From: an uncultured Gemmatimonadales bacterium
GTDB lineage: Bacteria; Gemmatimonadota; Gemmatimonadetes; Gemmatimonadales; GWC2-71-9
NCBI GenBank assembly: GCA_963832055.1
Contig: CAWHST010000005.1
Coordinates: forward strand, 484,285 to 548,284
Length of the DNA: 64,000 bases
Direction of reading: 5' to 3'
How positions within the stretch are numbered: the stretch's first letter is position 1; every line of letters begins with the position of its first letter. Below the pieces are notes generated by a model. That model was not told where the DNA came from. It did no database searches and worked only from the letters and a program-made list of their open reading frames with translations. Positions 53,676-62,281 of the stretch are shown one piece after another. A program made the translations under genes and the position numbers.

Positions 53676-55613
53676 GTGTCGTCCGGTCATTCGAAGGCGC
53701 CCCCTTCCGGCAAGGCGTTGGCCGCGCTGGCGTTCACCGCCCTGGGGGTGGTGTACGGCGACATCGGAACGAGTCCGCTCTACGCCATCAAGGAGTGCTT
53801 CAGCGGCCACCATAGCATCGATCCCACCCCGGCGAACGTGATCGGCGTGCTCTCGCTGATCTTCTGGTCCATCAATTTCATCGTCTCCTTCAAGTACATC
53901 ATCTTCGTCCTCATGGCCGACAACCGGGGAGAGGGCGGGACGTTCGCCCTCCTGGCGCAGGTGCGGCCGCTGACCCGGACGAGCGGCGGCCGCATGGTGC
54001 TGGTCGCGCTCGGCCTGTTCGGCGCCGCGCTGCTGTATGGCGACGGCGTGATCACCCCGGCGATCTCGGTGCTGGGCGCGATCGAGGGGGTGACCCTCGC
54101 CGCACCGGCGATCAGCGGCTGGGTCTGGCCGATCGCGGCGGTGGTCCTGACGGCGGTGTTCGCGGTGCAGAAGCACGGGACGGCGAAGATCGGCGGGCTG
54201 TTCGGGCCGGTGATGGCGGTGTGGTTCGCCTCGATCGCGGTGCTCGGAATCCGGGGAATCGCGATGGCGCCGGAAGTGCTCAAGGCGGTGAACCCCTGGT
54301 ACGCCGTGGACTTCTTCATCCGGGACGGGATCCAGGCGTTCCTCATCCTGGGCTCCGTGGTCCTGGTGGTGACCGGCGCGGAGGCGCTCTATGCCGATAT
54401 GGGCCACTTCGGACGGCGGCCGATCCGGCTGAGCTGGTTCGCCGTGGTGCTGCCCTGTCTCCTGATCAATTACTTCGGGCAGTCGGCCCTGCTGTTGATC
54501 TCCCCGGAAGCCCGGGTCAACCCGTTCTTCTCCCTGGCGCCCGACTGGGCACTGTATCCGATGGTCGGCATCGCGACCGCGGCGGCCATCGTCGCGTCTC
54601 AGGCGCTCATCTCCGGGGCCTTCTCGCTCACCCGGCAGGCCGTCCAGCTGGGATACATCCCCCGGGTGACCATCGTTCACACCTCGAGCACCCAGATCGG
54701 CCAGATCTACATTCCCGAAGTCAACTGGGCGCTCTGGCTCGGCTGCATCTTCCTGGTCGTGGTCTACCGGGGCTCCAGCAATCTCGCGGCGGCGTACGGC
54801 ATCGCCGTCACCGGCACGATGCTGACGACGACCCTGCTCTTTCACACCGTGCTGTGCGACCGGTGGAAATGGCCGGTGTGGCGGGCGCGGGCGCTCACCT
54901 CGCTCTTCCTGGCGGTGGACGCCGCCTTCTTCAGCGCCAACCTGATCAAGATCCAGGAGGGCGGCTGGTTCCCCATCATCGTCGGGATCGGGGTCTACGT
55001 GCTCATGACCACGTGGAACCGGGGCCGCGCCCGGCTCCAGGCCATCGTCCAGGAGAATACGCTCGGGATGGACCTCTTCCTCTCGGACGTGGGCCGGCGG
55101 AATCCACCGCGGGTGCCCGGGACCGCGGTCTTCCTCACCTCCAACATCGGCGGCGCGCCGCCGGTGCTGCTGCATCACCTCAAGCACAACAAGGTGCTGC
55201 ACGAGAAGGTCATTCTCATCTCGGTGGTGACGGAGGAGATCCCGTCGGTGGACGAGGACGAGCAGGTGGAGTGCACGGAGCTGGGCGAGGGCTTCTTCAA
55301 GGTGATCGTCCGCTACGGCTTCATGGAATCGCCCGACATCCCCCGGGCGCTGGCCCAGCTGGGGACCGGCTCCGCGGACGGCCGTCCTGTGGCGATCAAG
55401 CCGCTCGAGACCAGCTTCTTCCTCGGCCGCGAGACGCTCATCGCCACCCGGAACACGCCCTCGCACGTGCCGACGCCGGACACCATCGGCCGGATGTCCA
55501 TGTGGCGGAAGCGGCTCTTCATTCTCATGACCAGGAACGCGCGCTCGGCTACGGCGTTCTTCGGTCTCCCCCCGAACCGAGTGGTCGAGCTGGGCGCGCA
55601 GATCCAGTTCTAG
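53676..55613 (+). CDS. kup: KUP/HAK/KT family potassium transporter
   Basis: Intact 645-aa ORF. LGVVYGDIGTSPLYA, GGTFAL and EALYADMGHFG, plus the cytoplasmic C-terminal domain. Confidence 0.93.
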   Translation: MSSGHSKAPPSGKALAALAFTALGVVYGDIGTSPLYAIKECFSGHHSIDPTPANVIGVLSLIFWSINFIVSFKYIIFVLMADNRGEGGTFALLAQVRPLTRTSGGRMVLVALGLFGAALLYGDGVITPAISVLGAIEGVTLAAPAISGWVWPIAAVVLTAVFAVQKHGTAKIGGLFGPVMAVWFASIAVLGIRGIAMAPEVLKAVNPWYAVDFFIRDGIQAFLILGSVVLVVTGAEALYADMGHFGRRPIRLSWFAVVLPCLLINYFGQSALLLISPEARVNPFFSLAPDWALYPMVGIATAAAIVASQALISGAFSLTRQAVQLGYIPRVTIVHTSSTQIGQIYIPEVNWALWLGCIFLVVVYRGSSNLAAAYGIAVTGTMLTTTLLFHTVLCDRWKWPVWRARALTSLFLAVDAAFFSANLIKIQEGGWFPIIVGIGVYVLMTTWNRGRARLQAIVQENTLGMDLFLSDVGRRNPPRVPGTAVFLTSNIGGAPPVLLHHLKHNKVLHEKVILISVVTEEIPSVDEDEQVECTELGEGFFKVIVRYGFMESPDIPRALAQLGTGSADGRPVAIKPLETSFFLGRETLIATRNTPSHVPTPDTIGRMSMWRKRLFILMTRNARSATAFFGLPPNRVVELGAQIQF

Positions 55614-55659
55614 CGCACCACGCGACTCTATCGCCACTTCGTCCTTTGCGGTAGAATCT

Positions 55660-55897
55660 CGCGGAGTGCACCGCAAGGGGTCGCACTCGCGGGGTCGAAG
55701 TCCTCGCTGTAAGCAATTGAGTAAAACTGTCCAGTTACAGCCACTGGCATCGGACTCGCCTTTCCCTCGGGGCAGCCGCGACACGACCGTCCGGCGAGGC
55801 GTCGATCCGCCCGATAAGAGCACACCCGGAGTGATCCGGGGCCGCAAAACTAGAGGTCTCACCTGACGACGGTGAGATAGCTCGGTGCCGAAGGAGG
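55660..55897 (+). promoter_or_regulatory. Long structured leader or possible ncRNA upstream of the STAS gene
   Basis: TAGAAT (-10-like) at about 55650. Several clean hairpins follow: GAGTGCACC-gcaagg-GGTCGCACTC, GCTGTAA...TTACAGC with an AT-rich 22-nt loop, CCCGGA-gtga-TCCGGG (GNRA loop) and TCTCACC-tgacgac-GGTGAGA. AAGGAGG lies 4 nt before ATG 55902. Confidence 0.35.
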
Positions 55898-55901
55898 ATG
55901 G

Positions 55902-56216
55902 ATGAGGACCCCGCAGGAGGTGGAGCGCGGCCTGGCCGCGCCCGATACACTCGGGCTGGAATCCCGAGTCGCGATCCGCAAGGCGGCGATTCAGCTGCTC
56001 GAGGGCATGCCCGAAGGAGCCGGACGGCTGGTCATCGACCTGGGCCGCACCCGGCACGTGGACTCCGCCGGACTGGGCGCGCTGATGCTGATCCAGCGCG
56101 CGGCCGCCGAACGCCGCCAGAAGGTGATTCTCCGCAATCCGAACGAGGAGATCCGTTTCCTCCTCATCCTCACCAAGCTCTACGACCTCTTTCAGATCGA
56201 TCTGGGAGATGACTGA
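55902..56216 (+). CDS. STAS domain protein (anti-sigma-factor antagonist, SpoIIAA-like)
   Basis: Intact 104-aa ORF. LVIDLGRTRHVDSAGLGALMLI... shows the typical STAS core with the phosphorylatable Ser context (DSAGLG). Confidence 0.8.
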   Translation: MRTPQEVERGLAAPDTLGLESRVAIRKAAIQLLEGMPEGAGRLVIDLGRTRHVDSAGLGALMLIQRAAAERRQKVILRNPNEEIRFLLILTKLYDLFQIDLGDD

Positions 56217-56345
56217 GCAAACGCTCCGCATCGGCGGGCGCGCGGCTATGGACGCGTCCGCCGCGATCCATTAGTGTACCCCCCTGGCGACTCTCTCCTT
56301 AACCAACTGCGGTGCCCCCCGGCACCGGTTCGCGGGGTGCGAGGC

Positions 56346-56714
56346 ATGACCCAGGCGACGCGCCGCCGGCGGGTGCTCATTGTCGAGGACGAGCCGGCGT
56401 TGCGGCTCAGTTACGATCGGGCCTTCCGACCCAGGTATGATCTGGCGTTCGCCACCAACGGTGCCGAGGCGATGGAGCAGCTGGAGCAGCATCGCCCCGA
56501 CGTCGCGGTGCTCGACATGCGCCTGCCCGATACCGATGGCATCGAGCTGCTCCGCCGCATCCGGGTATCGTATCCCCACCTGCCGGTCATCATCACCACC
56601 GCCTACCTGAGCATCGAGCCGCAGCTCAAGGTGCTCGACCTGCCGCACTCGGGATACATCGTCAAACCCTTCCGACTCGACGAGCTCGGCGCCCGCATCG
56701 ATGCCGTCGTCTGA
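56346..56714 (+). CDS. Single-domain response regulator (CheY-like receiver)
   Basis: ORF 56274..56714. VLIVEDEP, phospho-acceptor context VAVLDMRLPDTDG, and IVKPF. ATG (MTQATRRRR) at 56346. It overlaps the ccmA start by 14 nt. Confidence 0.82.
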   Translation: MTQATRRRRVLIVEDEPALRLSYDRAFRPRYDLAFATNGAEAMEQLEQHRPDVAVLDMRLPDTDGIELLRRIRVSYPHLPVIITTAYLSIEPQLKVLDLPHSGYIVKPFRLDELGARIDAVV

Positions 56715-57429
56715 CGGCGCCGCGGCCCCCGCGCTGCTGGAAGCGCGCGGAGTCAGGCGGTCGTTCGGCGGGCTGAGGGTGCTGCGGGGCGTGGACCTCA
56801 GCGTGCGTGCCGGGGAGGCCGTGGTGGTCGCCGGCCCCAACGGGGCGGGCAAGACGACGCTGCTCCGCATCCTCGCCGGACTCATGCGCCCGGAGTCGGG
56901 CGAGGTCCATGTCCTCGGCCGGCCCTTGCGAGGCGACGGCGAAGGCGCACGGCGCGCGATCGGCTTCGTGTCCCACCAGTCGCTGCTCTACGACGACCTC
57001 ACCCTGGCGCAGAATCTCACCTTCACCGCGCGGCTGTATGCGCTGGCGCGGCCCGCCGACGCCGCGCGGGCCGCCCTCGAGGCCGCGGGTCTCTCCTCCC
57101 GCGCGGACGACTCCCCGCGACGACTGAGTCGGGGCCTCACCCAGCGCGCGTCGATCGCCCGGGCGCTCTTGCACCAGCCTCGCGTCCTGCTGCTGGATGA
57201 GCCGTTCACCGCGCTCGACGCGGCCGCCGCGGACCGGCTCCGCGCGGAGCTTGCCGGCCGGATCGCGGCCGGGCTAGGGCTGGTGGTGGTGACCCACCGG
57301 CTGAGCGAAGTGTGGGACTTGGCGACCCGCGTCGCGGTTCTGGCCGAGGGGCGGTGGGCCTGCGACGAGCCGCGCAGCGGCAGCCTCCAGGCGTTCCTCT
57401 CGCGCTACCACGAGGTGGTCGGTGCCTGA
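56701..57429 (+). CDS. ccmA: Heme exporter ATP-binding protein CcmA
   Basis: Walker A GPNGAGKTT, signature LSRGLTQR, Walker B LLLDEPFTALD. It is followed by ccmB/C/D with overlaps. Confidence 0.85.
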   Translation: MPSSDGAAAPALLEARGVRRSFGGLRVLRGVDLSVRAGEAVVVAGPNGAGKTTLLRILAGLMRPESGEVHVLGRPLRGDGEGARRAIGFVSHQSLLYDDLTLAQNLTFTARLYALARPADAARAALEAAGLSSRADDSPRRLSRGLTQRASIARALLHQPRVLLLDEPFTALDAAAADRLRAELAGRIAAGLGLVVVTHRLSEVWDLATRVAVLAEGRWACDEPRSGSLQAFLSRYHEVVGA

Positions 57430-58102
57430 CGCGATCCGGCTGGCGCTCGCGATCGCGGGGAAGGACATCCGCGCGGAGCTGCGGAGCCGGACGGCCCTGC
57501 TCTCCGCGGTGGTCTTCGCCGCGCTGGTGCTCGTGGTCTTCAACTTCGCCCGCGACCCCACCGCGCTTGCCGCCGTGGATCTGGCGCCCAGCGTTCTCTG
57601 GGTGACCTTCGCGCTGGCCGCGATGGTGGCGCTCAACCGGGCGTTCACCATCGAGCGGGAGAACGGCGCGCTGGACGGCCTGCTGCTCGCGCCGGTGCCC
57701 CGCGGTGCGGTGTTCCTCGGCAAGCTGCTGGCGAACCTCGCGTTCGTGGGCACCGTCGAGGCCGTCACGCTGCCGCTGTTCGTGCTGTTCTTCAACGTGG
57801 ACCTCGGTCACGCCCTCCCGGGCATCCTGGGCGTGACGGCGCTCGCCACCATAGGATTCGTGGCGGTGGGGACGATCTTCAGCGCCATGGCGGTCCGGAC
57901 GCGATTCGCCGAGCTGATGCTCCCGGTGCTGTTGCTGCCCTTCATGGTCCCGCCGCTCATCGGCGCGGTGCAGGTCACCGCGCGGCTGCTCGACGGGCGT
58001 CCGTTGAGCGAGATGTTGGGATGGCTTAGGTTACTCGCCCTCTATGACGTGGTATTCGTGACGCTCTGTACCATGGCCTTCGCCGCGGTGGTGGACGAGT
58101 GA
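57422..58102 (+). CDS. ccmB: Heme exporter membrane protein CcmB
   Basis: Intact 226-aa ORF with 6 hydrophobic segments and the CcmB-type motif FTIERENGALDGLLLAP. Confidence 0.88.
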   Translation: MPDAIRLALAIAGKDIRAELRSRTALLSAVVFAALVLVVFNFARDPTALAAVDLAPSVLWVTFALAAMVALNRAFTIERENGALDGLLLAPVPRGAVFLGKLLANLAFVGTVEAVTLPLFVLFFNVDLGHALPGILGVTALATIGFVAVGTIFSAMAVRTRFAELMLPVLLLPFMVPPLIGAVQVTARLLDGRPLSEMLGWLRLLALYDVVFVTLCTMAFAAVVDE

Positions 58103-58130
58103 GCGGACGGCGGCTTCCGCCCGCGCGCTG

Positions 58131-58799
58131 GTGCGGAGCGGGACCGCGGTCACCGTGCTGGCGCTCCTCGCCCTGGCGGGGGTGTACGTGCTCGCCCTCG
58201 GGTTCACCCCGATCGAGGCGCGGCAGGGGGCGGCGCAGAAGATCTTCTACCTGCACGTGCCGGCCGCGTGGAGCGCGCTGCTCGCCTTCTCGCTGGTGGG
58301 ACTCTGCGGCGGGCTCTATCTCTGGCTGAACGACCGGCGGCTGGACCGCTTCGCGGCGTCGTCGGCCGAGGTGGGCGTGGCGTTCGGCGTCGTGATGCTG
58401 ACCACCGGCCCGATCTGGGCCAAGCCGATCTGGGGCACCTGGTGGACCTGGGACGCGCGGCTCACGCTGACGCTCTTCCTCTTCTTTCTGTTCGTCGGCT
58501 ATCTCGCGCTGCGCGCGGCGCTGCACGACCCGTCGGAGCGGGCCCGCTTCAGCGCCGTGGTCGGCATCCTCGGCCTGCTGCTGGTCCCCTTCATCCATCT
58601 CAGCGTCTATCTCTTCCGCACCCTGCATCCCCAGCCCATAGTGCTCAAGCCGAGCGCGCCGTCGCTGCCGCCGGAGATGCTGCGGACGCTGCTGATCTCG
58701 ACGCTGGTGTTCATGCTGCTCTACGTCGGGCTGGTCACCATCCGCTACGGGCTGGCTCTGGCGGAGGACGAGCGGGAGGGAAGCCTCGATGCCGCCTGA
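58131..58799 (+). CDS. ccmC: Heme exporter protein CcmC
   Basis: Intact 222-aa ORF. IFYLHVPAAW and the Trp-rich heme-handling motif WGTWWTWDARLT. Confidence 0.92.
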   Translation: MRSGTAVTVLALLALAGVYVLALGFTPIEARQGAAQKIFYLHVPAAWSALLAFSLVGLCGGLYLWLNDRRLDRFAASSAEVGVAFGVVMLTTGPIWAKPIWGTWWTWDARLTLTLFLFFLFVGYLALRAALHDPSERARFSAVVGILGLLLVPFIHLSVYLFRTLHPQPIVLKPSAPSLPPEMLRTLLISTLVFMLLYVGLVTIRYGLALAEDEREGSLDAA

Positions 58800-58917
58800 G
58801 AACGCGGGCTACATGGTGGCGGCGTACGTCGTCACCGCGGTGATTCTCGTCGGGTACGCCGTCGGGCTATGGCGGCGGGCCAGGCAGGCGATCGGGCGAA
58901 ACGGCGGGGGCCAGTAA
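58789..58917 (+). CDS. ccmD: Heme exporter protein CcmD (42 aa)
   Basis: Not in the ORF track because it is too short. MPPENAGYMVAAYVVTAVILVGYAVGLWRRARQAIGRNGGGQ* is a single TM followed by a basic tail. It overlaps the ccmC stop by 11 nt. Confidence 0.75.
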   Translation: MPPENAGYMVAAYVVTAVILVGYAVGLWRRARQAIGRNGGGQ

Positions 58918-58920
58918 AAG

Positions 58921-59007
58921 AGAAGCGTGAAAAGTGAACGGTGAAAAGTAAAGGGGAGCTGAAGTCAGTTCCCCTTTCACTTTTCACCGTTCACTTTTCA
59001 CGCTTCT
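58921..59007. repeat. Composite hairpin repeat, family B copy 2 (near-perfect stem of about 37 bp)
   Basis: AGAAGCGTGAAAAGTGAACGGTGAAAAGTAAAGGGGA-(12 nt)-TCCCCTTTCACTTTTCACCGTTCACTTTTCACGCTTCT. It lies between convergent ccmD (stop 58917) and the aquaporin gene (reconstructed stop 59012). Confidence 0.92.
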
Positions 59008-59011
59008 GAGG

Positions 59012-59702
59012 CTACGCCTTCCTCTTCTCGGGTCTCAGCAGGACGTGCTCCCACAGCAGCGCCGCCAGCACTCCGCCCACGATCGGCCCCACCCAGTAGA
59101 CCGCGTGTGCCACCCACTGTCCGGAGACCAACGCCGGGCCGAAGGCACGGGCGGGGTTCACCGCCGCCCCGGTGAGCGGTCCGCCCACCAGGACGTCGAC
59201 CAGCAGGGTCGAGACCGACGCCCAGGCCGCCCAGATTGGGTGCGACGGGATTGATCATCGTACCGAACACCGCGGACACCAGGAAGAACGTCATGACCCC
59301 TTCCAGGATCATGGCCTGGTGGAACTGGACGGTGTTGGCGAGGGCCGGTGTGGCAAGGGAGATCGACCGGATGGCGCCGACCGGGTAGGCCAGCTTGATC
59401 ATCAGCGCCGCGAGCACCGCGCCGAGGAGCTGGGCCACGATGTAGGCGGCGGCGCTGCGCGCGTCGGTTCGGCGCGCGGCGAGGAGCCCGAGGGTGACCG
59501 CCGGATTCAGGTGCCCGCCGGAGATCCCCATGACCGCGGTGACCATGACCGCGAGCACCAGGCCGTGAGCCACCGCGATACCGAGAATGCCGTAGGTCGC
59601 GTCGGGAAAGACCTTGCTCGCCACCGAGCCGATCCCGAAGAAGACCAGCGCGAAGGTACCCAGGAGCTCCGCGACCGAGCGGCGTAACAGCGAAGGCATC
59701 AA
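59012..59702 (-). CDS. aqpZ: Aquaporin/MIP family channel, one frame disruption near 59235
   Basis: ORF 58998..59702 carries the first NPA (SGGHLNPAVTL) but loses the frame after AVFGTMINPVAP. The second half, with NPA box 2 (GGPLTGAAVNPARAFGPALVSGQW...VGPIVGGVLAALLWEHVLL...KRKA*), is in the adjacent frame and stops at 59012-59014. Confidence 0.88.
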
Positions 59703-59737
59703 AGATCTCCGTGTGAGGGCGCGAATCGGCGGCGAAT

Positions 59738-60984
59738 CTAGGCGTCCGCCTTGCGAAACACCAGCGCCGCGTTGATCCCGCCGAAGCCGAAGGAGTTGCT
59801 CACCAGGTAGTCGGGATCCAGCTGGCGGCCCTCGCCGGTGACGTGGTCGAGATCGCAGGCGGGATCGAGGGTCTCGAGATTCAGGGTCGGGGAAACCAGC
59901 CCCGCCGGCTCGCCAGGGCGCAGATGGCCGCCTCGATCGCGCCGCTCGCGCCCAGGGCGTGCCCGTAGTAGCCCTTGGTCCCGCTCAAGGCCAGGCGGTC
60001 GGCGTGTTCCGCGAAGACCTGCTTGATCGAGGAGGTCTCGGTCGGATCGTTGAGCGGGGTGGACGAGCCGTGCGCGTTGATGTAGCCCACTTCGCCCGGC
60101 GACACCCGCGCCTCCGCCAGGGCGTTCCGGATGCAGCGCGCCGCCTGGCTGCCGTCGGGCCGGGGCGCGGTCATGTGGTAGGCGTCGTTGGTGAGTCCAT
60201 AGCCGCACACCTCGGCGTAGACCGGCGCCCCGCGCGCCAGCGCCCGGCCCCGCTCCTCGAGGACCAGGACGGCGGAGGCCTCCGCCATGACGAAGCCGTC
60301 CCGGCCGGCGTCAAACGGCCGGCTGGCGTGCTCGGGGTCGTGGTTGCGGGTGGACATGGCGCGGATGATGGCGAAGGCGCCGAAGCAGAGCGGCGCCAGC
60401 GGGGCCTCCGCGCCGCCGGCGATCATCACGTCGGCCTCGCCTCGCGCGATCGCGCGGAACCCCTCGCCGATCGCGATCGCGCCGGAGGCGCAGCTCATCC
60501 CGTTGGTCGCGTTGGGCCCGGTACAGCCGAACTCGATCGCGATGTTGCAGCTCGCGGCCCCGGCGAAGACGGTGAGGGCGAGCGACGGATCCACCGCCCG
60601 GGGCCCCTGGGTGAGGAAGTTGTGATACTGCTGCTCCCCGTGCGCCACGCCACCGAGCGCGGTGCCCATCATGGCCCCGACCCGATCCACGTCCTCGCGC
60701 CGCAGGTCGAGGTCGGCGTCGCCCAGCGCCATCCGGGTGGCGGCGATGCTGAACTGGGAGTAGCGATCGAGCCGGCGCGCGCGGCGCTCCTCGATGTGAT
60801 CCGTCGGGTGGAACTCGTCCACCTCCCCGGCGATCCGGGACTTGAACGCCGAAGGGTCGAACCGGGTGATCGAGCGGATCGCCGAGCGCCGGCGGCGGAG
60901 CCCGTCCCACAGCCCCTCGACGCCGAGCCCGATCGGAGTGACCGCCCCGATCCCCGTGATGACGACGCGACGCGCGGACTCCAT
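59738..60984 (-). CDS. Beta-ketoacyl-ACP synthase II-like ketosynthase (FabF/KAS II family), one frame disruption near 59900
   Basis: ORF 59881..60984. VVITGIGAVTPIG, active-site Cys context NGMSCASGAIAIG, HMTAP and INAHGSSTPLND (His-His). The C-terminus NSFGFGGINAALVFRKA is in ORF 59738..60208. Confidence 0.88.
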
Positions 60985-60988
60985 CGTT

Positions 60989-61456
60989 CTACCCCTTCTG
61001 CCCGTCGGCCTCGACGTGCCGCTTGATGCCCGCCAGCGTGCGGGACGCGATACCGTGGATGAACACCGGGCCGATGACCAGCCCCGCGGCGGCCCGGCCG
61101 ATCAGCGGCCAGCGGGGACCCCGCCACTCGTGCACCACGGTGACGTCGGTGGCGCCGCCGTCGGGCGCGAACCGCCAGACCACGTCCATTCCGGCGGTGA
61201 TGCCGCGGACATGGCGGTAATGCACCGCGGGTGCCGAGCGGTCCACCCGCATCTCGGACACCCACCAGGTGGGGTAGCCGATCGGGCCGAATGGCCGCCA
61301 TGCCGCCATCTCCACGATACCGCCGTCGGGGCGCCGCTCGAGCAGGCGCACCCAGCGATAGTGGCTCAGCAGCTCCGGCCACCGCTCCACGTCCGTCGCG
61401 GCCTGGAGCACCCGGGCGACCGGGGCCCGCATTCGGGACCGGTCCACGGTCCTCAT
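60989..61456 (-). CDS. SRPBCC superfamily protein (polyketide cyclase/dehydrase-like)
   Basis: ORF 60989..61525 from ATG 61456. MRTVDRSRMRAPVARVLQAATDVERWPELLSHYRWVRLLE... is the typical SRPBCC N-terminus. The stop is 5 nt before the KAS start. Confidence 0.7.
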   Translation of the reverse strand: MRTVDRSRMRAPVARVLQAATDVERWPELLSHYRWVRLLERRPDGGIVEMAAWRPFGPIGYPTWWVSEMRVDRSAPAVHYRHVRGITAGMDVVWRFAPDGGATDVTVVHEWRGPRWPLIGRAAAGLVIGPVFIHGIASRTLAGIKRHVEADGQKG

Positions 61457-61477
61457 GGCGACGAGTCGGATGCGCAT

Positions 61478-61553
61478 GTCATCCCGAGCGCAGCGAGGGA
61501 TCTTGCCCGGCGATGGTCGGAGCATGCAAGCACGATCCCTCCTCGCTCATGAC
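61478..61553. repeat. Imperfect palindromic repeat element (GTCATCCCGAGCGCAGCGAGGGATC ... GATCCCTCCTCGCTCATGAC)
   Basis: Paired blocks GTCAT/ATGAC, GAGCG/CGCTC, GAGGGATC/GATCCCTC and TTGC/GCAA around a loop of about 19 nt. It covers the last codons of the methyltransferase gene and the spacer before the SRPBCC gene. Confidence 0.7.
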
Positions 61554-62281
61554 GCCCCCCAATCGCCCATCCCCGTCGCGTCACCAGTGCGCCAGGTGGC
61601 CACCAGCCGGTAGCCGGGCCGGCGCGATACCCGCGCGCGCACGCCCGCCTCGGCGAGCAGGGCGCGGAGCTCGCCGGGAGTGTAGCCGCGGCGGATGGAG
61701 GTGATGCCGTCGGCCACGCGTGGAGGGGTCGAAGCGCAGGGCGCGCGCACCGACCCAGAAGGCGATCGGGGCCAGTGCGTCCGCGCCTGAGGTCCGCGAT
61801 CACCACGCCGACCCGCGCCAGCGCGTCGCAGGTGCGGAGCAGCCGCACGGTGGAGTCGCCGGTGAGGTGGTGAGCCACCTGGCTCAGGAGCACGATGTCC
61901 ACCGACTTCTCGCGCATCGGCGGGGCGCCGGCGCAGGCGACTGCGCAGGGGACGCCGGCCAGCGCGGGCCATCGCGGCCGCGGTCCGGTTGAGCTCCAGG
62001 CCGACGGGGCGCAGGGTGTATCCCCGCCGGCGGGCCCAGCGCACCGCCCGCTGAGGCAGGTCGCCCGCGCCGGTGCCCAGGTCGAGCATGGTGAGCGGCC
62101 GGCCTCGCGGCACGCCCCGCAGCACTCGATTCAGCCCGTGATGCACGGCGGCGCCGCCGCCGAACCAGCGGTTGGCGCGCGCGACGTTTCCCAGCGACCG
62201 CCTGACGGTTTCGGGGTCGGCGGCGGGGTCGTCGAGCAGCTCGACCCCAAGCGGGGTGATCCTCAGGCGTCCGTCTTTCAT
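61547..62281 (-). CDS. Class I SAM-dependent methyltransferase, at least 2 frame disruptions
   Basis: ORF 61547..62281 has the SAM motif I (TMLDLGTGAGDLP). The middle part is in ORF 61453..61917 (VDIVLLSQVAHHLTGDSTVRLLRTCDALARVGVVIADLRRG). The C-terminus is back in the first frame (DGITSIRRGYTPGELRALLAEAGV). ATG 62281 forms ATGA with the upstream stop. Confidence 0.8.
   Translation of the reverse strand: MKDGRLRITPLGVELLDDPAADPETVRRSLGNVARANRWFGGGAAVHHGLNRVLRGVPRGRPLTMLDLGTGAGDLPQRAVRWARRRGYTLRPVGLELNRTAAAMARAGRRPLRSRLRRRPADAREVGGHRAPEPGGSPPHRRLHRAAAPHLRRAGAGRRGDRGPQARTHWPRSPSGSVRAPCASTPPRVADGITSIRRGYTPGELRALLAEAGVRARVSRRPGYRLVATWRTGDATGMGDWGAS

Noticed and set aside
55614-55901. Possibility that the kup-STAS spacer encodes tmRNA, SRP RNA, 6S RNA or RNase P RNA
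   Set aside because: There is no tRNA-like acceptor/T-arm with a CCA context and no tag ORF. The SRP GGAAG/AGCA motifs are absent, and so is the RNase P GAGGAAAGUCC core. It is reported only as an unclassified structured region.
53568-56231. 887-aa minus-strand ORF antisense to kup. Similar long ORFs occur at 47698..50313 (-), 14257..16608 (+), 42607..45009 (-) and 8690..10339 (+).
   Set aside because: All are antisense or off-frame to genes with strong family motifs. All have Arg/His/Gly/Pro-dominated composition with no recognisable domains. They are GC-driven stop-codon depletion artefacts.
59012-59702. Calling the aquaporin gene (and other frame-disrupted genes) true pseudogenes
   Set aside because: The disruptions are single-base shifts without accumulated stops or deletions, in genes that retain intact motifs and operon overlaps. 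Their density tracks sequence context and region. Sequencing error is at least as likely, so they are listed as CDS with notes.
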